A program made the translations under genes and the position numbers. A DNA stretch of 64,000 bases, from the NCBI GenBank assembly GCA_002633005.1, contig NMRA01000236.1:155263-219262 (forward strand), read 5' to 3'. The notes beneath the pieces are model-generated. The model was not told the DNA's origin, did not search any database, and saw nothing but the letters and a program-made list of their open reading frames with translations. How positions within the stretch are numbered: the stretch's first letter is position 1; every line of letters starts with the position of its first letter. The DNA comes from Phoronis australis (taxonomy: Eukaryota; Animalia; Phoronida). This document shows, one piece after another, positions 1-12,200 of the stretch.

Positions 1-1904
1 AATGACGTGTATGAGACCCCAGTAGTGAACAAATTTAGGTAACGTCGGAACATCATTTAACAGAAATGGTTGATCAGATTCTAAGGTAAGTTTGAGATAC
101 TGTGATTGATTCGAAATTGCATGACCATTTTTGCATGAGGAAGTATCTCAGGATTTTTAAGACTTGAAAAACAAAACAATATCTCAAACAAAAACGTAAC
201 TATTATTCCTACAATGGTAACAGTTTTTTGAGATTTCATCTTGGATATTTTTATCACAGAAATTTAGTCATGTCATCGATACTGTTGTTTTGCTATGAAT
301 GCACATTTCTTTTTTGCTTAATTTCGTTGAAAAGAAAAGTTCAATTAATGGCCGAATTGATAGCGGATTATGGTAAAATAAAATCAATGTCTTAAGGCTT
401 GCTACTTTCAGAAAGTATTTTCATTTTCTGAGCAATTATTTTGTATTTTGTAGATATTTAGCTAAACCCACAAACTTTGTGACAATGTCTCACACGGGAT
501 AATGCTGACTTATCTGTCGTCACAAGGTGTAATAAAAGTAAATACGACAAAACGGTTTTAAACATCTCAAAACACTTTCCCAGTGTCCCAATCTCAACTT
601 TATAGATAGTCAGTGTTCATAGATGCATTTTGGCGTCAATGGCACAATTTTCTAATGATGGGGGAAAGTTCACAGGACACACTGACACTCGGGCGCACGG
701 AACTATGGAATCTTTTGCGATGTCTACCTGTTTATTATCTTAAAAACAACAATATGTTAATATGTTAATTTATTATTGTTAATTCACAATGCTATAGTCA
801 TACCGTTTTGAAAACATGCACCCGCAATTGACTGGTGGTAGTGTAAATACAGCGGGCAGTGAGTGGCATAAAATCGTAATCAAGAATACAAATGAAACAA
901 CACATTGAAGTTTCGACATGTTTCGATGTACATCATCATCAGAAAAACATTGACCATTCAATGAACAAGGCCCAAATAGAAGTACACGTGACACGAGTCA
1001 GCTAGATGCACAGCTGCATAATTTCAACATCAATGACAAAATTTTCAAGACCAGTGATAATTTGCTGTGAACCCACTGTTTATCAATACAATCTAGGAAC
1101 CGGTGAATTCAAGTGACAACACTGATCAAAATTTGACTTCACAGAATATTTTCTTAGAAACTTAATTGAAAAAGACATGCCTACATTGGTAATGGCTTTC
1201 TGACGAGATCGAGCACTAGTTTTGAGAGCGGATATCGAGCACTGTTTCAATAAAATATACTTCCCATGTACGATCCAAACACAAAAACATCAAATAAAAG
1301 CAACATTCGAAGCTCACATTTGCGAGTACTGTCTAATTGGCTTTAATTAATTGACGTAGCCGATTTCGCCGGTCAACCGACTGGGACATCTGTTTATAAG
1401 CAGGAAGATATCATTGAGAACCAATGACCAGATGTCTTAGCCCGTTGACCCAGCGAAGTCAATCAAATGCAACCATTGGTTAATTTAATTTTAGTTAGCA
1501 GCTGAAAACACACCGAACAGATATGGCAGCGTTTTTGTCGCAATTGAGAACAAATCTAATAATGTCGAAACACCCCAGTTGAACAGCTCCACGACCTTTT
1601 CAATATGTTGGTCTCTAAATAGCTTTATTTGGATTTGATTACGTCACGGACTTCAGTCTTTTGTACCTCACCAATCCCACAAATGCTAGAAACGAGGCAA
1701 AATCTTAGAAATTCTTATCACAGAAAAAATTAAAAAATAACAAATTTACGATAATCTAAAACCATGCTCGATTCCAAATTTTCCGTGTCCAATCAAATAA
1801 TTCACGAATTGTTTGCAGCTGCATGTTTATGTCAAGATTTTGTCTTAAACAATGTGTTTGCTTGTAATACATGACAATATCTTACAAAGACTTTCTGTGA
1901 TATC

Positions 1905-2050
1905 CAGGGGCGGATCCAGGATTTTGAGTTGGGGGGGGGGGGNCCCGGATTTTGCCCGTCAGGTATTCGCACCCCGAACTGCCTAATGGAATCTGGCAGA
2001 ATTTTAGGTGTGGCCATGGCCCCCTTGGCCCCCCTCTAAATCCGCCACTG
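1905..2050. mobile_element. MITE with CAGGGGCGGAT...ATCCGCCACTG termini and 5-bp TSD (ATATC), in the probable CAT 3' UTR
   Basis: Terminal inverted repeats; ATATC at 1900-1904 and 2051-2055. Confidence 0.8.
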
Positions 2051-2189
2051 ATATCACGTTTCCGGTAGTCACTTGCATCTATGGAACCTGGTCCACTTGC
2101 ATCTATGGAACCTGGTCCGGGCCCAGTTGTTATTCGCCCTATCTCAGACTTCTTCGACCTTTGCCCATAGCTTCAGGCAATATTGATAT

Positions 2190-3253
2190 CTAGTCGCTAT
2201 ATGGCGGCGGTTTTTCATCTCTTTCATCTAACATAGGTTCGCCAGGTACAACACTGCTATCGTCAATAGCACCGTAATTAATGATGGTTTTCTCGTGTTC
2301 ATAAATACTTATAGCCTTACTGTGTTTTATACCATACGTGAAATAAATTATGAAACCAATAGTCATCCATACAGCAAACCGTATCCAAGTGAGGTACGAG
2401 AGGGACATCATTAGGTAAAGATTTGTTATCACCGACACAATGGGCACGACAGGTACACAGGGGCAGCTAAACACCAACCGCGTGGTATTTTGAGGTTGGC
2501 GCGCAATAAAAATGGAAAACGATAAAACAACTAACACAACTATACAAACAAGTAAAACAGACCACCACTCAAGTTGCAACAAGGCAGATTGGCAGTAAAC
2601 AGCAAGACTGCAAAGAATTATAGCAAAAATCATGATAACAAGTAAAGATAAGCTAACTACTTTCGAAGTCCTGACGGTTGGGTCTGGCGCAGCTTCGTCA
2701 CCGACGTTGAACAAATTACCTAAACTATACACATGCGGCAGATCTTTTTTAGTTCGATCTGTCGAAATAATTCTTTCACGTATAAACGTCTTCTCCTCGC
2801 AAACCACAGATTGTCCGGTAGACTCAATACGGCGAACAACTGTTGTCTCTGTACTTGGTATGGGATCCACTGTTTTGATAGCGCGTCCGTTACCAAGAGT
2901 GTTCCCATCTTCAGACTGCGAAGAATCCTCCAATGGCACGTTTCCCAGCAGTTCTTGATACTTCTCATACGACATACCAATGTGTTCTGTTTTGTAACGC
3001 AACAATACAACACACACAGCTACCAACGTGTAGGCCATCAGAGTTCCTATAGAGAACATTTCGACTAAACTCTGCAGGTCTAACAATAAAACCAGCAGTC
3101 CTGCAAGTGTAGCTACTACTGCCAGTCCTATCATAGGAGTCTTACTCCGGGAGTTGACGTAACCCATGAACTTATACAGGAGACCATCTTGCGCCATCGC
3201 GTAGATTGTCCTCGGCATGGGATACAAACTGCCCATCAACGACGCAATCATGC
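2190..3253 (-). CDS. CAT transporter terminal coding exon 7 (C-terminal TM helices, stop TAG at 2192-2190)
   Basis: Acceptor cttcag|; 353-aa ORF in the track with CAT C-terminal motifs. Confidence 0.94.
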
Positions 3254-6200
3254 CTGAAGTGGAATGTATAATATGTAATACTACTTTTACACTTAAAACG
3301 TATCGTCACCATCGTACCATTGTCTTCGTCATCATCGCAGTCGCCATCAACGATGTCATTATCATTGAAATTAGTTAGTCTATTGCATGTTACTAGGATC
3401 TTTAAATTGGCTCTAAAACTTATCAAAGACACAATTTTAAGTATTCACAGACAGTGTTCTCACTAAGTTGTACCTTATTTACAATGCACTGAAACAGGAT
3501 ACAACTTGTTCCAAGGACACGGCACTGAAATCATGCGCAATGACTCTATTGCCGCAGTATAGTATCCTCTTAGAACAACTTGAGCTCCACTACAATCTAA
3601 GAGCATCAGGAACATAAACCACGGAGAAACAACACCTACAAATATTCTCAAGTTAGAACATACCGCACAATCCTCCGAAGGTTATAATGTAATTCACTCC
3701 TTTGATGTTGAATTGTCCAAACAGGTTTGGCATGACTGCATGACCAGGGAGGTCATACCAAGGGACCATCAGGGTGATCACAATCGATACTGCCAAGTAG
3801 GAGATCGAGACAACAGCTAGAGTGGCTCCTATTGCCACTGGTATTGATTTAGTAGGGTTATTGGCTTCTTCACCGGAGCTAGCAATGGCATCAAAGCCGA
3901 CGAAACCGTAGAAGCAGGTGGCTGCACCGGAAATGATCTGCAATTGTTTTAGTAACAGTAACACAATGGCACATACAAAAACATGAACAAGTGCGTTGAC
4001 CTCTGCCTCATCATCTTATGCAAGAAACACCGCTACGTTCGACCGTGATCGGTTGCATAAAACTTCAAGACTTTGCGTAGTCTCGTTCTAGCTTCCTGAC
4101 TCTCTGTCGGCTTTATTCTTAAAATTTCTGGACGGTTGACATTCCAATGCCAAAACGAGGCTTCAAACAGCATAACATGGACCTCGTCTCATGACGGCGC
4201 ACAATATGGGGCTGGCGGGAAGGGGGTGGTGGGCTATAACCCTCACTTTTTTGAGTGCTGCGCCGCCCATGGTCTATGGGCGGTGCACCACAGGGGGGCT
4301 GGGGGGGCTATAGACCCCACTTTTTTCAGTTCTGCGCCGCCCATGCGTCTGGAGGTTCTATGTTGAAAGGCAGGGACCGTGCGAAACCGGCCCCGAGAAC
4401 ATTGAGTCACCGCGGCGTGTTAGACAGAATTAGAACGTACCTTCAGAGATTACTGCAGATGAGTATTTACACTGACTTTGGCAATAATCAATAATCAATT
4501 ACAAGTGTCTCATTAAGAAACTCAGTAGTGTGAAAACAATGCCACTGCCTTCCGTCATTCTGCAGCTAAATTTGAGTAGTTCTCGCATCACAAGGTTATT
4601 TTACTACCCAGAAATTATCCAAAATGGTTTAGCATTCGTGTAAACTACAAAAACCTTCGAACTGAATGTCTAGTCACTCTTCCTCTAATGGGTTGTGACT
4701 GATTCTGCTTAGATAATACCGCATACTTCCGATAAAGCGCCGAAGGCGACAGCGATTTCGTCTTGTCGCTTTTTGTTCCCGAAAGAGCCCCCTACGCTGT
4801 TCCGGAAACAACGATTTCCTCAAGTCATTTTGCATTCCATAAAAAACATCCATAGGCGCTATTTCTTCATTCTTTTTCGGAAAATCTATCATGGGCGCTT
4901 TGTGGCGGCGTGGCTTTATCGGAAATCCTCCATAACCGCGTGTCACGACCATTGCTTTCTCAAGTGGATGACCGACTTCTACAAAGCGGGCATAATGTTT
5001 CTTTTAATCATCCAGAAATCCAATTCACTGGCTTCTTTGGTCTACTCAAAAATTCCACGAAAGTGTAATCAATTTGGATGGAATCTGTTGCGTAGTAATA
5101 TAACATAGTTTAGAATACATATGTAATGTGTAAAATTTGTTTATTCTGAGAAGACGTTATATATTGGGATCTCCATATCACTCAAATGACAATCAATTGA
5201 AGAGATGTTGCATGAACTTTTGGTAACTAACCGCATTACCACAGTATGAAGGAAAGTTGTAACACAGTGTGTGTGTATTCACTAAAGACAGCTATCGAAA
5301 ATACGCTCGGACGTATATTCCGGCGATTTCATTTGAGAGTCTTTGAATGTCATTTTCCAAAAATCTGCCCATGGGCCTATTTCCAGAAATTCCTGTAATC
5401 CGGTTCAAGTCTCATTTTGGCATTGGAATGTCAACAACACATACATTTTAAGAAAGGTCTTTTAAAATGTAAACAAGCCTTATTATTTCAGAGAGAAATC
5501 AATATTCACGGGTTTTAAGTCAAGTATCTGATTATGACTTCCTTTATTTGAAAAGTCATGTGAATTGTATTGCCTGCTAGTGTGGCCAAGTGGTTTAAAT
5601 GTCCGCTTCCTTTGCTCAAGGTTGTAGGTTCGAGCCCCACTCGGGCACAGTGTTAAACCCTTGAGTCTGTCAAGGCCAAGCACCAGCAGATTAGGTCGGA
5701 ACCGTCTAACCTGTTATAAGTATGGTGCTAATTTAATCACTTCGTCATTTTCCGTACGAGGTTTTAATGTAGATATATGCATATGTATATACGTTACCAG
5801 ATATATTACTAAATATGCAGCAGTGTACATGATAATGCCACACAGAAATGGACGAACTTTGTATCAAATGAGCAAGCTCAGTCCTCTTGATTTGTTAGTT
5901 TGTTGTATGACGTCATTGCTCAAGAATAGCAACGTGTCCCTTGATAATGCGACGGCATTGTTGCAGTCCAGCGTAAATTTCATGTAACCGCTCACAGTAA
6001 TTTAAATTATTCGTATTCTTTACAGACAGCAGAGGCAAGAGGTAGAAATTATCAGGCCTGCATTTAAGCCGACATTATTTCCCGTACGACAGTCTTTTTG
6101 CTGCCTCATGACTACGACGGCGACTATAATGGTGATAGGAGCATGGCGATATTTTATCATATTGAAAAATACTGGTTAGATAATGATGATGCTGTTGATA

Positions 6201-9200
6201 CTTAATATAATGACGTTTGGAAATGTGTAATAAAAATAGGACGAACAAATAAATAAAGTTACCCCTTTAACGCCCATTGGGAAAAAACCAGGTGGGTCCG
6301 TCCAATTCTTTATGTCAGCAAAGTAGAGACCAACAACGACAATCAGGAGAATAACCAACATATTAAGGACAGTGAGAGAGGCATTCACTACCGTTGACAT
6401 CTGAAACAAAATTAACGCATTAAAACTACATCAACGCATCACAATTAGAAAAGATCAATTTTGCAATCACCGCACTTAGTGGGACTAAAGTGAGTTTCTA
6501 GCAAGTATCTGTCTTGGGTAGATCTATCTAACCATTGCTGCTACCGGTAGTAACTGTCTTGGGTAGATTTATCTAACAATTGATGCTACCGGTAGTAACT
6601 GTCTTGGGTAGATTTATCTAACCATTGATGCTACCGGTAGTAACTGTCTTGGGTAGATCTATCTAACCATTGCTGCTACCGGTAGTAACTGTCTTGGGTA
6701 GATCTATCTAACCATTGCTGCTACCGGTAGTAACTGTCTTGGGTAGATCTATCTAACCATTGCTGCTACCGGTAGTAACTGTCTTGGGTAGATCTATCTA
6801 ACCATTGCTGCTACCGGTAGTAACTGTCTTGGGTAGATCTATCTAACCATTGCTGCTACCGGTAGTAACTGTCTTGGGTAGATCTATCTAACCATTGCTG
6901 CTACCGGTAGTAACTGTCTTGGGTAGATCTATCTAACCATTGCTGCTACCGGTAGTAACTGTCTTGGGTAGATCTATCTAACCATTGCTGCTACCGGTAG
7001 TAACTGTCTTGGGTAGATCTATCTAACCATTGCTGCTACCGGTAGTAACTGTCTTGGGTAGATCTATCTAACCATTGCTGCTACCGGTAGTAACTGTCTT
7101 GGGTAGATCTATCTAACCATTGCTGCTACCGGTAGTAACTGTCTTGGGTAGATCTATCTAACCATTGCTGCTACCGGTAGTAACTGTCTTGGGTAGATCT
7201 ATCTAACCATTGCTGCTACCGGTAGTAACTGTCTTGGGTAGATCTATCTAACCATTGCTGCTACCGGTAGTAACTGTCTTGGGTAGATCTATCTAACCAT
7301 TGCTGCTACCGGTAGTAACTGTCTTGGGTAGATCTATCTAAGAATTGCTGCTACCGGTAGTAACTGTCTTGGGTAGATCTATCTAACCATTGCTGCTACC
7401 GGTAGTAACTGTCTTGGGTAGATCAATCTAACCATTGCTGCTACCAATAGTAACAGTCTTGGGTAGTTCCATCTAACAATTGCTGCTACCGATAGTAACT
7501 GTCTTGGGTAGAACTATCTAACCATTGCTGCTACCGATAGTAACTTTCATGTGATTACTAATACGGTCAAATCAAATTAAATTGCTTGGAATAACCAACT
7601 TTTGCAAACATTGACAACTACAATCGTTGCACATCGAAAACACAGACAGAATGACGAATGATGGGAAGCATGCACTTTAAAGTAATTCAAGGCATCCTTA
7701 AGAGAAATTAAAAAATTGCCAATTGACTCTCAAAACGCAAACCCACTACTGAAACGACCAAATGAATTTTGAAAACATCAGAAAATTTAATTTCGAACTT
7801 ACTGGATCAAGGATTTTAACTGCGTGGTCACTGGCATGAAGTTAAGTTGTCAATCTCTCATGTTGACTCAATCTTACACCCACGTTCTACCGTGATTTTA
7901 GTGTCACATACCTTAAATGTGATATTAGTGTCACATACCATAACTGTGACATTAGTGTCACATACCTTAAATGTGATATTAGTGTCACATGACTGTTATA
8001 CTAGTGTCACATACCATAACTGTGATATAAGTGTCACATACCTTAAATGTGATATTAGAGTCACATACCTTAACTATGATTTTAGTGTCACATACCTTAA
8101 CTCCAACAGCTAGTATCAAAGTCATTCCGACCGTCAAAGCTAAGGCCACAAAATCAGGATACTCCGACATACCTGGTCCGTGCATTTCACCCACGTTTTC
8201 TATTATGGACCTGGGGAAGAAAACAATACATAGGTATAAATGAGACCTCCCAACATTTTGCACAAAGTATCGTGTTCATCTTTCCCTGGGGTTCACAAGC
8301 ACGCTGCTTTTTATGGATCTTTCTTTTCTTCTTTAAGTTGGGGCTTACGAACACGCAAGCAATCAACATGTAAACAATTAACAAGTTTTCAGATAAAAAC
8401 AAGCCAAAGTTGGTCACAGTTGCCGTCACCCACATTGTTCCTATTGCCTGTCGAGCATCATCAGGTGGTCATCTGTGCTATATATATCTATCTATTCGAC
8501 AGTCTGTGTCATACCCTTGATAAAAAGCGTACCGCTTGAAACGTGGGTAATATTTTAATAAATCTTGATGCTGATGTTCGTGTTTTTACTTTGAACTCTG
8601 CTAAGGGTAAGACAGACCTAATTAACAACAACGGTTACGTACAAACGGGTCTTCTTTTGTGCATCACCTGTTCACTGTCGAGCACAGAGCGACAACTTTG
8701 CCTTGCATTTGTTATCGGATACATTTGTTTGGGCATTCCACTACAGTGGGGCAAGTTTCTCTAGTGCAATTCTGTGTGCGGACGGACCTTAAAAGCTTTT
8801 AAGACGCCATTGAACAGCACACAGCAAAAGACAAAGCAAATTCTTCTTAACCTTCAAGAACTTTTGAATTATTTTCGATTTATTGGATTTCACATATATT
8901 CTCTGTTCTTCATTGAGACACTTTTGTCTACTGTGATTCGTACATTCATTGCAATATTATCTACGATAAAATGCAGGGCTATTTTTCAAATGTTACGGAA
9001 TCAAACAATAGAATGCAGTTGTAAGCAGTTTTAAAACACTCGTCCAGTGACCACAAGGAGTACGGATTCCAAGCTAAGCGTTGAAATGCGGATGCCAATT
9101 ATACCCCAATTCAAAGACCTTTGGGGGAGGGGGGGGGCATGAAAACGCAGTGCCTATGCTAATTTCAGCTAAAGCAAAACCAAGGAGTTTAAAATGTACT

Positions 9201-12200
9201 GTAGCCTACAAACAAAAATAACTGATAAAATATTTCATTATTTCAAAATTTATACGTTTGTTCACTGCATTGTCTTCGCCCCAACGTGAGACAATCAAAA
9301 TATTTCAGACATCATTTTATAACTATATTTGGACAAAATCAGATGGAATGTAATATGATTCATGCGGGGGATGCGGGATGTCAGACGCCCAGAAACAGAT
9401 ACGTGGGTGCATAATGTAAATTTCAGTCAAAGCATGTGAGAATATGACATACGTGCTTATGGTCCCGTTGAAAAGATAATCCAGGTACTGACTCCATGTC
9501 TTGGCAGCTACAGCCGCTCCTATGACTCCTTCCAAGATCATGTTCCAACCAATCACATACGCTATAATTTCTCCTGCGCCGATGTAGCTGTATGCGTAGG
9601 CGGAACCGGCCGAAGGAACTCGTGAGGCAAGTTCGGCGTAGCAAAGAGCTAAAACGAACAAAAGAATGCTTTTGTCATTTACATCTTCAGATATGCTCGA
9701 CCGATCGCTATCCCGACACCTAGCATGATCGAGCGGTTTTTCATCGGATCAGAAGTAGGAATTGGATGATTTTTGACGAAGATGCCCTGCCGGCGCTCCT
9801 GGTAATCGCCCGACTAGCGGCCAATATGACCAGTTTTCTGCAACAAACGTATTGGATAGGCGTCGGAAGCTATATCAAGGGGAATCAACAATTGGTTTGA
9901 CTTCAACACCACTGACTTGCCCAGACTTCAAAACCACCTGTCTGGCCTGCAAAACCTAATGGCCGATTTTCTAACTTGGTGGCCGGACCTAAAACAAGTT
10001 GGCCAGTGCTCAAACCATAGATGCCCGTCTATGCTCAAACACAATGGCTGAAGAAATCGCCGATTTTGAACAAAACAAGCAAACCGGTACGAAAAATAAA
10101 CACTAGATGTCACTTGAAACCTTCGAGACATTCAAGGCGAGTCTCTGAGCGGGAAATCCGGCCGTCGTGTATGATCACCGGCCAACTGGTTTTATATAGC
10201 ACAGGCCATCATGTTTTAGGTCCAGCCAACTAATTTTTGGGTGATGCCATCGCGTTTTGAAGTCCGGACAACATGTTTCATCTCCGGCCATATGGTTTTG
10301 CACTCCAGCCGACTGGTTTTGTAATCCAGGCAAGTGATTTTGAAGTCCGGGCAAGTGGTTTTGAAGTCCAACCAATTGTTGATTCCCCCTTGTACATGTT
10401 ATCAAAGCGTAATATACAAAATCTGTCCGTAAGATACCAAAAAAGCAACGAAACATAAACGGTCCACGTTGGTGACAATCTTATGACACAACCCTCTTTG
10501 TATTTAAAAAGAGAGAACCCAAGAAATTTAGCCTTTTGTTTGTTCTCCAGTAACTGAGCTAATCAATGTGTGTGTGTGTGTTGTGTGTGTATGCGCGCTC
10601 GCGTGCGTGCGTATCTGTGTGTGTGTTTGCACCAATGTGTGTGTACCAGTGTGTGTGTGCCCTGGCTGGCTACAAAAGTTATAAGCTAATTACAATTTAC
10701 CTTTTCCATGCGCGCATCCGGGGGCCTGAGGGGTGCTCGGGGGGCTAATTGGAGCCCATTTAGCGAAGTGGACAAAAAGGTCCGCCTCAGAGAAGCATTA
10801 AGTCCGAAAAAGTAAAAAAACGAGACAAAAGTCCACTAAAAAGGCATGAACTACCAAAATTCGGCGAATGACCACGTCACAGCTCTGAACGTACCCCATT
10901 TTCATTTTCAATAAAAGGGCCGCATTCTCAAAAATACGAGCACTCCATTTAGGCTGGGTGCGGGCATGCTTTCACATTTCTTTGCGCACGAGAAGGCATT
11001 ACGAGAACGGTCACACTCGACAGGGGCGACACATGTGGTTTGCGAGGTGTATTAGAGCATAGAACTCTAACCCTAGAATGCCAACTCCCACACAGGACCA
11101 ATGTATTCTACATGTATTATTAGCGCTTACGACCCCGAAACCAGCGCGAGACTTTGCATTGTGAATTTCCGGCTGCCTAGTCGACTCAGTTGTCATCAAG
11201 TGTTGTAGTAATCAAATCAAGCCCAATATCATTACGTCATTTTCATTTTGACATTTTTGTTTATCAAGAGAGACTCTTGAGCTATGGTTCTAGACAACCA
11301 GCGATTTCCAGCAAAATTAGTTAACAAACCCAGTAATTACATTGGTCAATGACCCAGGCCGGACACCGGGAATAGTTTAACCTACTAGATCTTTCTATCT
11401 CCTTAGAACCACTTTCGACAACCTATCAAACTACATGCCACGAGTTTTCCAAAAAGACATTCTTTAAGTGTTAAAATCGTGTTACTGTGTATTACGGAAA
11501 GAAGTGACATTTGGTTTCTGAGTGTTTTTTTTCTGCAATTATTAATGAAAAGTTTAGCCACTAGCAGATGAGTTTACGTGACTTTCGAAAAACTACTCGT
11601 ACTTGCGTAGCTAATGTTTATGTTTGCATAAGTTTTTATTGCTTTTATAATAACTCATCTATGGAATGTTTACCTGCTGTCCAGATACTTTTTGTTAATT
11701 CTGTAGTATTTACATATACCCGTGAAGTAAAATTTAAAAAATGAAAAGCTTACTTTGAAAGTAAACCAATCCAAAACTTTGCCTTGCTAACAGCTTACAT
11801 TGTACTTGCCAATTGTCACGCTCTTGGCGGACTATCCCACTTTTTTCCCGCCATTCCCGCCACACCATCAAAATGTTCCGCTTTTTGACACGCAACAACA
11901 CTGACATATTGTCACATACTATACTGTAATTTCCCACGCGATACAGCACTGTTTTCCCATTCAACTAAAAAGAAGAAAACAGGACGTTCCACGGGCTTTT
12001 GAGGCACCCGCAATTGCACATTCGACCTATAAAAACACCGTCAGGCGCTTTTAGGTGTAAAGTCTCACGTTCGATAAAAAATGCTGTCGGGACGTTTTTG
12101 TATGTTGCGGCGATCATCTCACCCTTGCATTTTGACATAAACTCTGCTTCGTTTACTGTCCGGAAGTCCCGCTTTTCAATGCAGTGTTCTCGTTTTCTCA

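Noticed and set aside
2632-3068. Overlapping ORFs of 97-111 aa
   Set aside because: Antisense or alternative-frame shadows of the CAT terminal exon with no recognisable motifs.
5572-5648. Functional tRNA gene
   Set aside because: The anticodon arm does not fold and it continues into a SINE-like body.
6511-7545. CRISPR array (palindromic repeats)
   Set aside because: Units are head-to-tail with no unique spacers, no cas genes are present, and the array lies in a eukaryotic intron.
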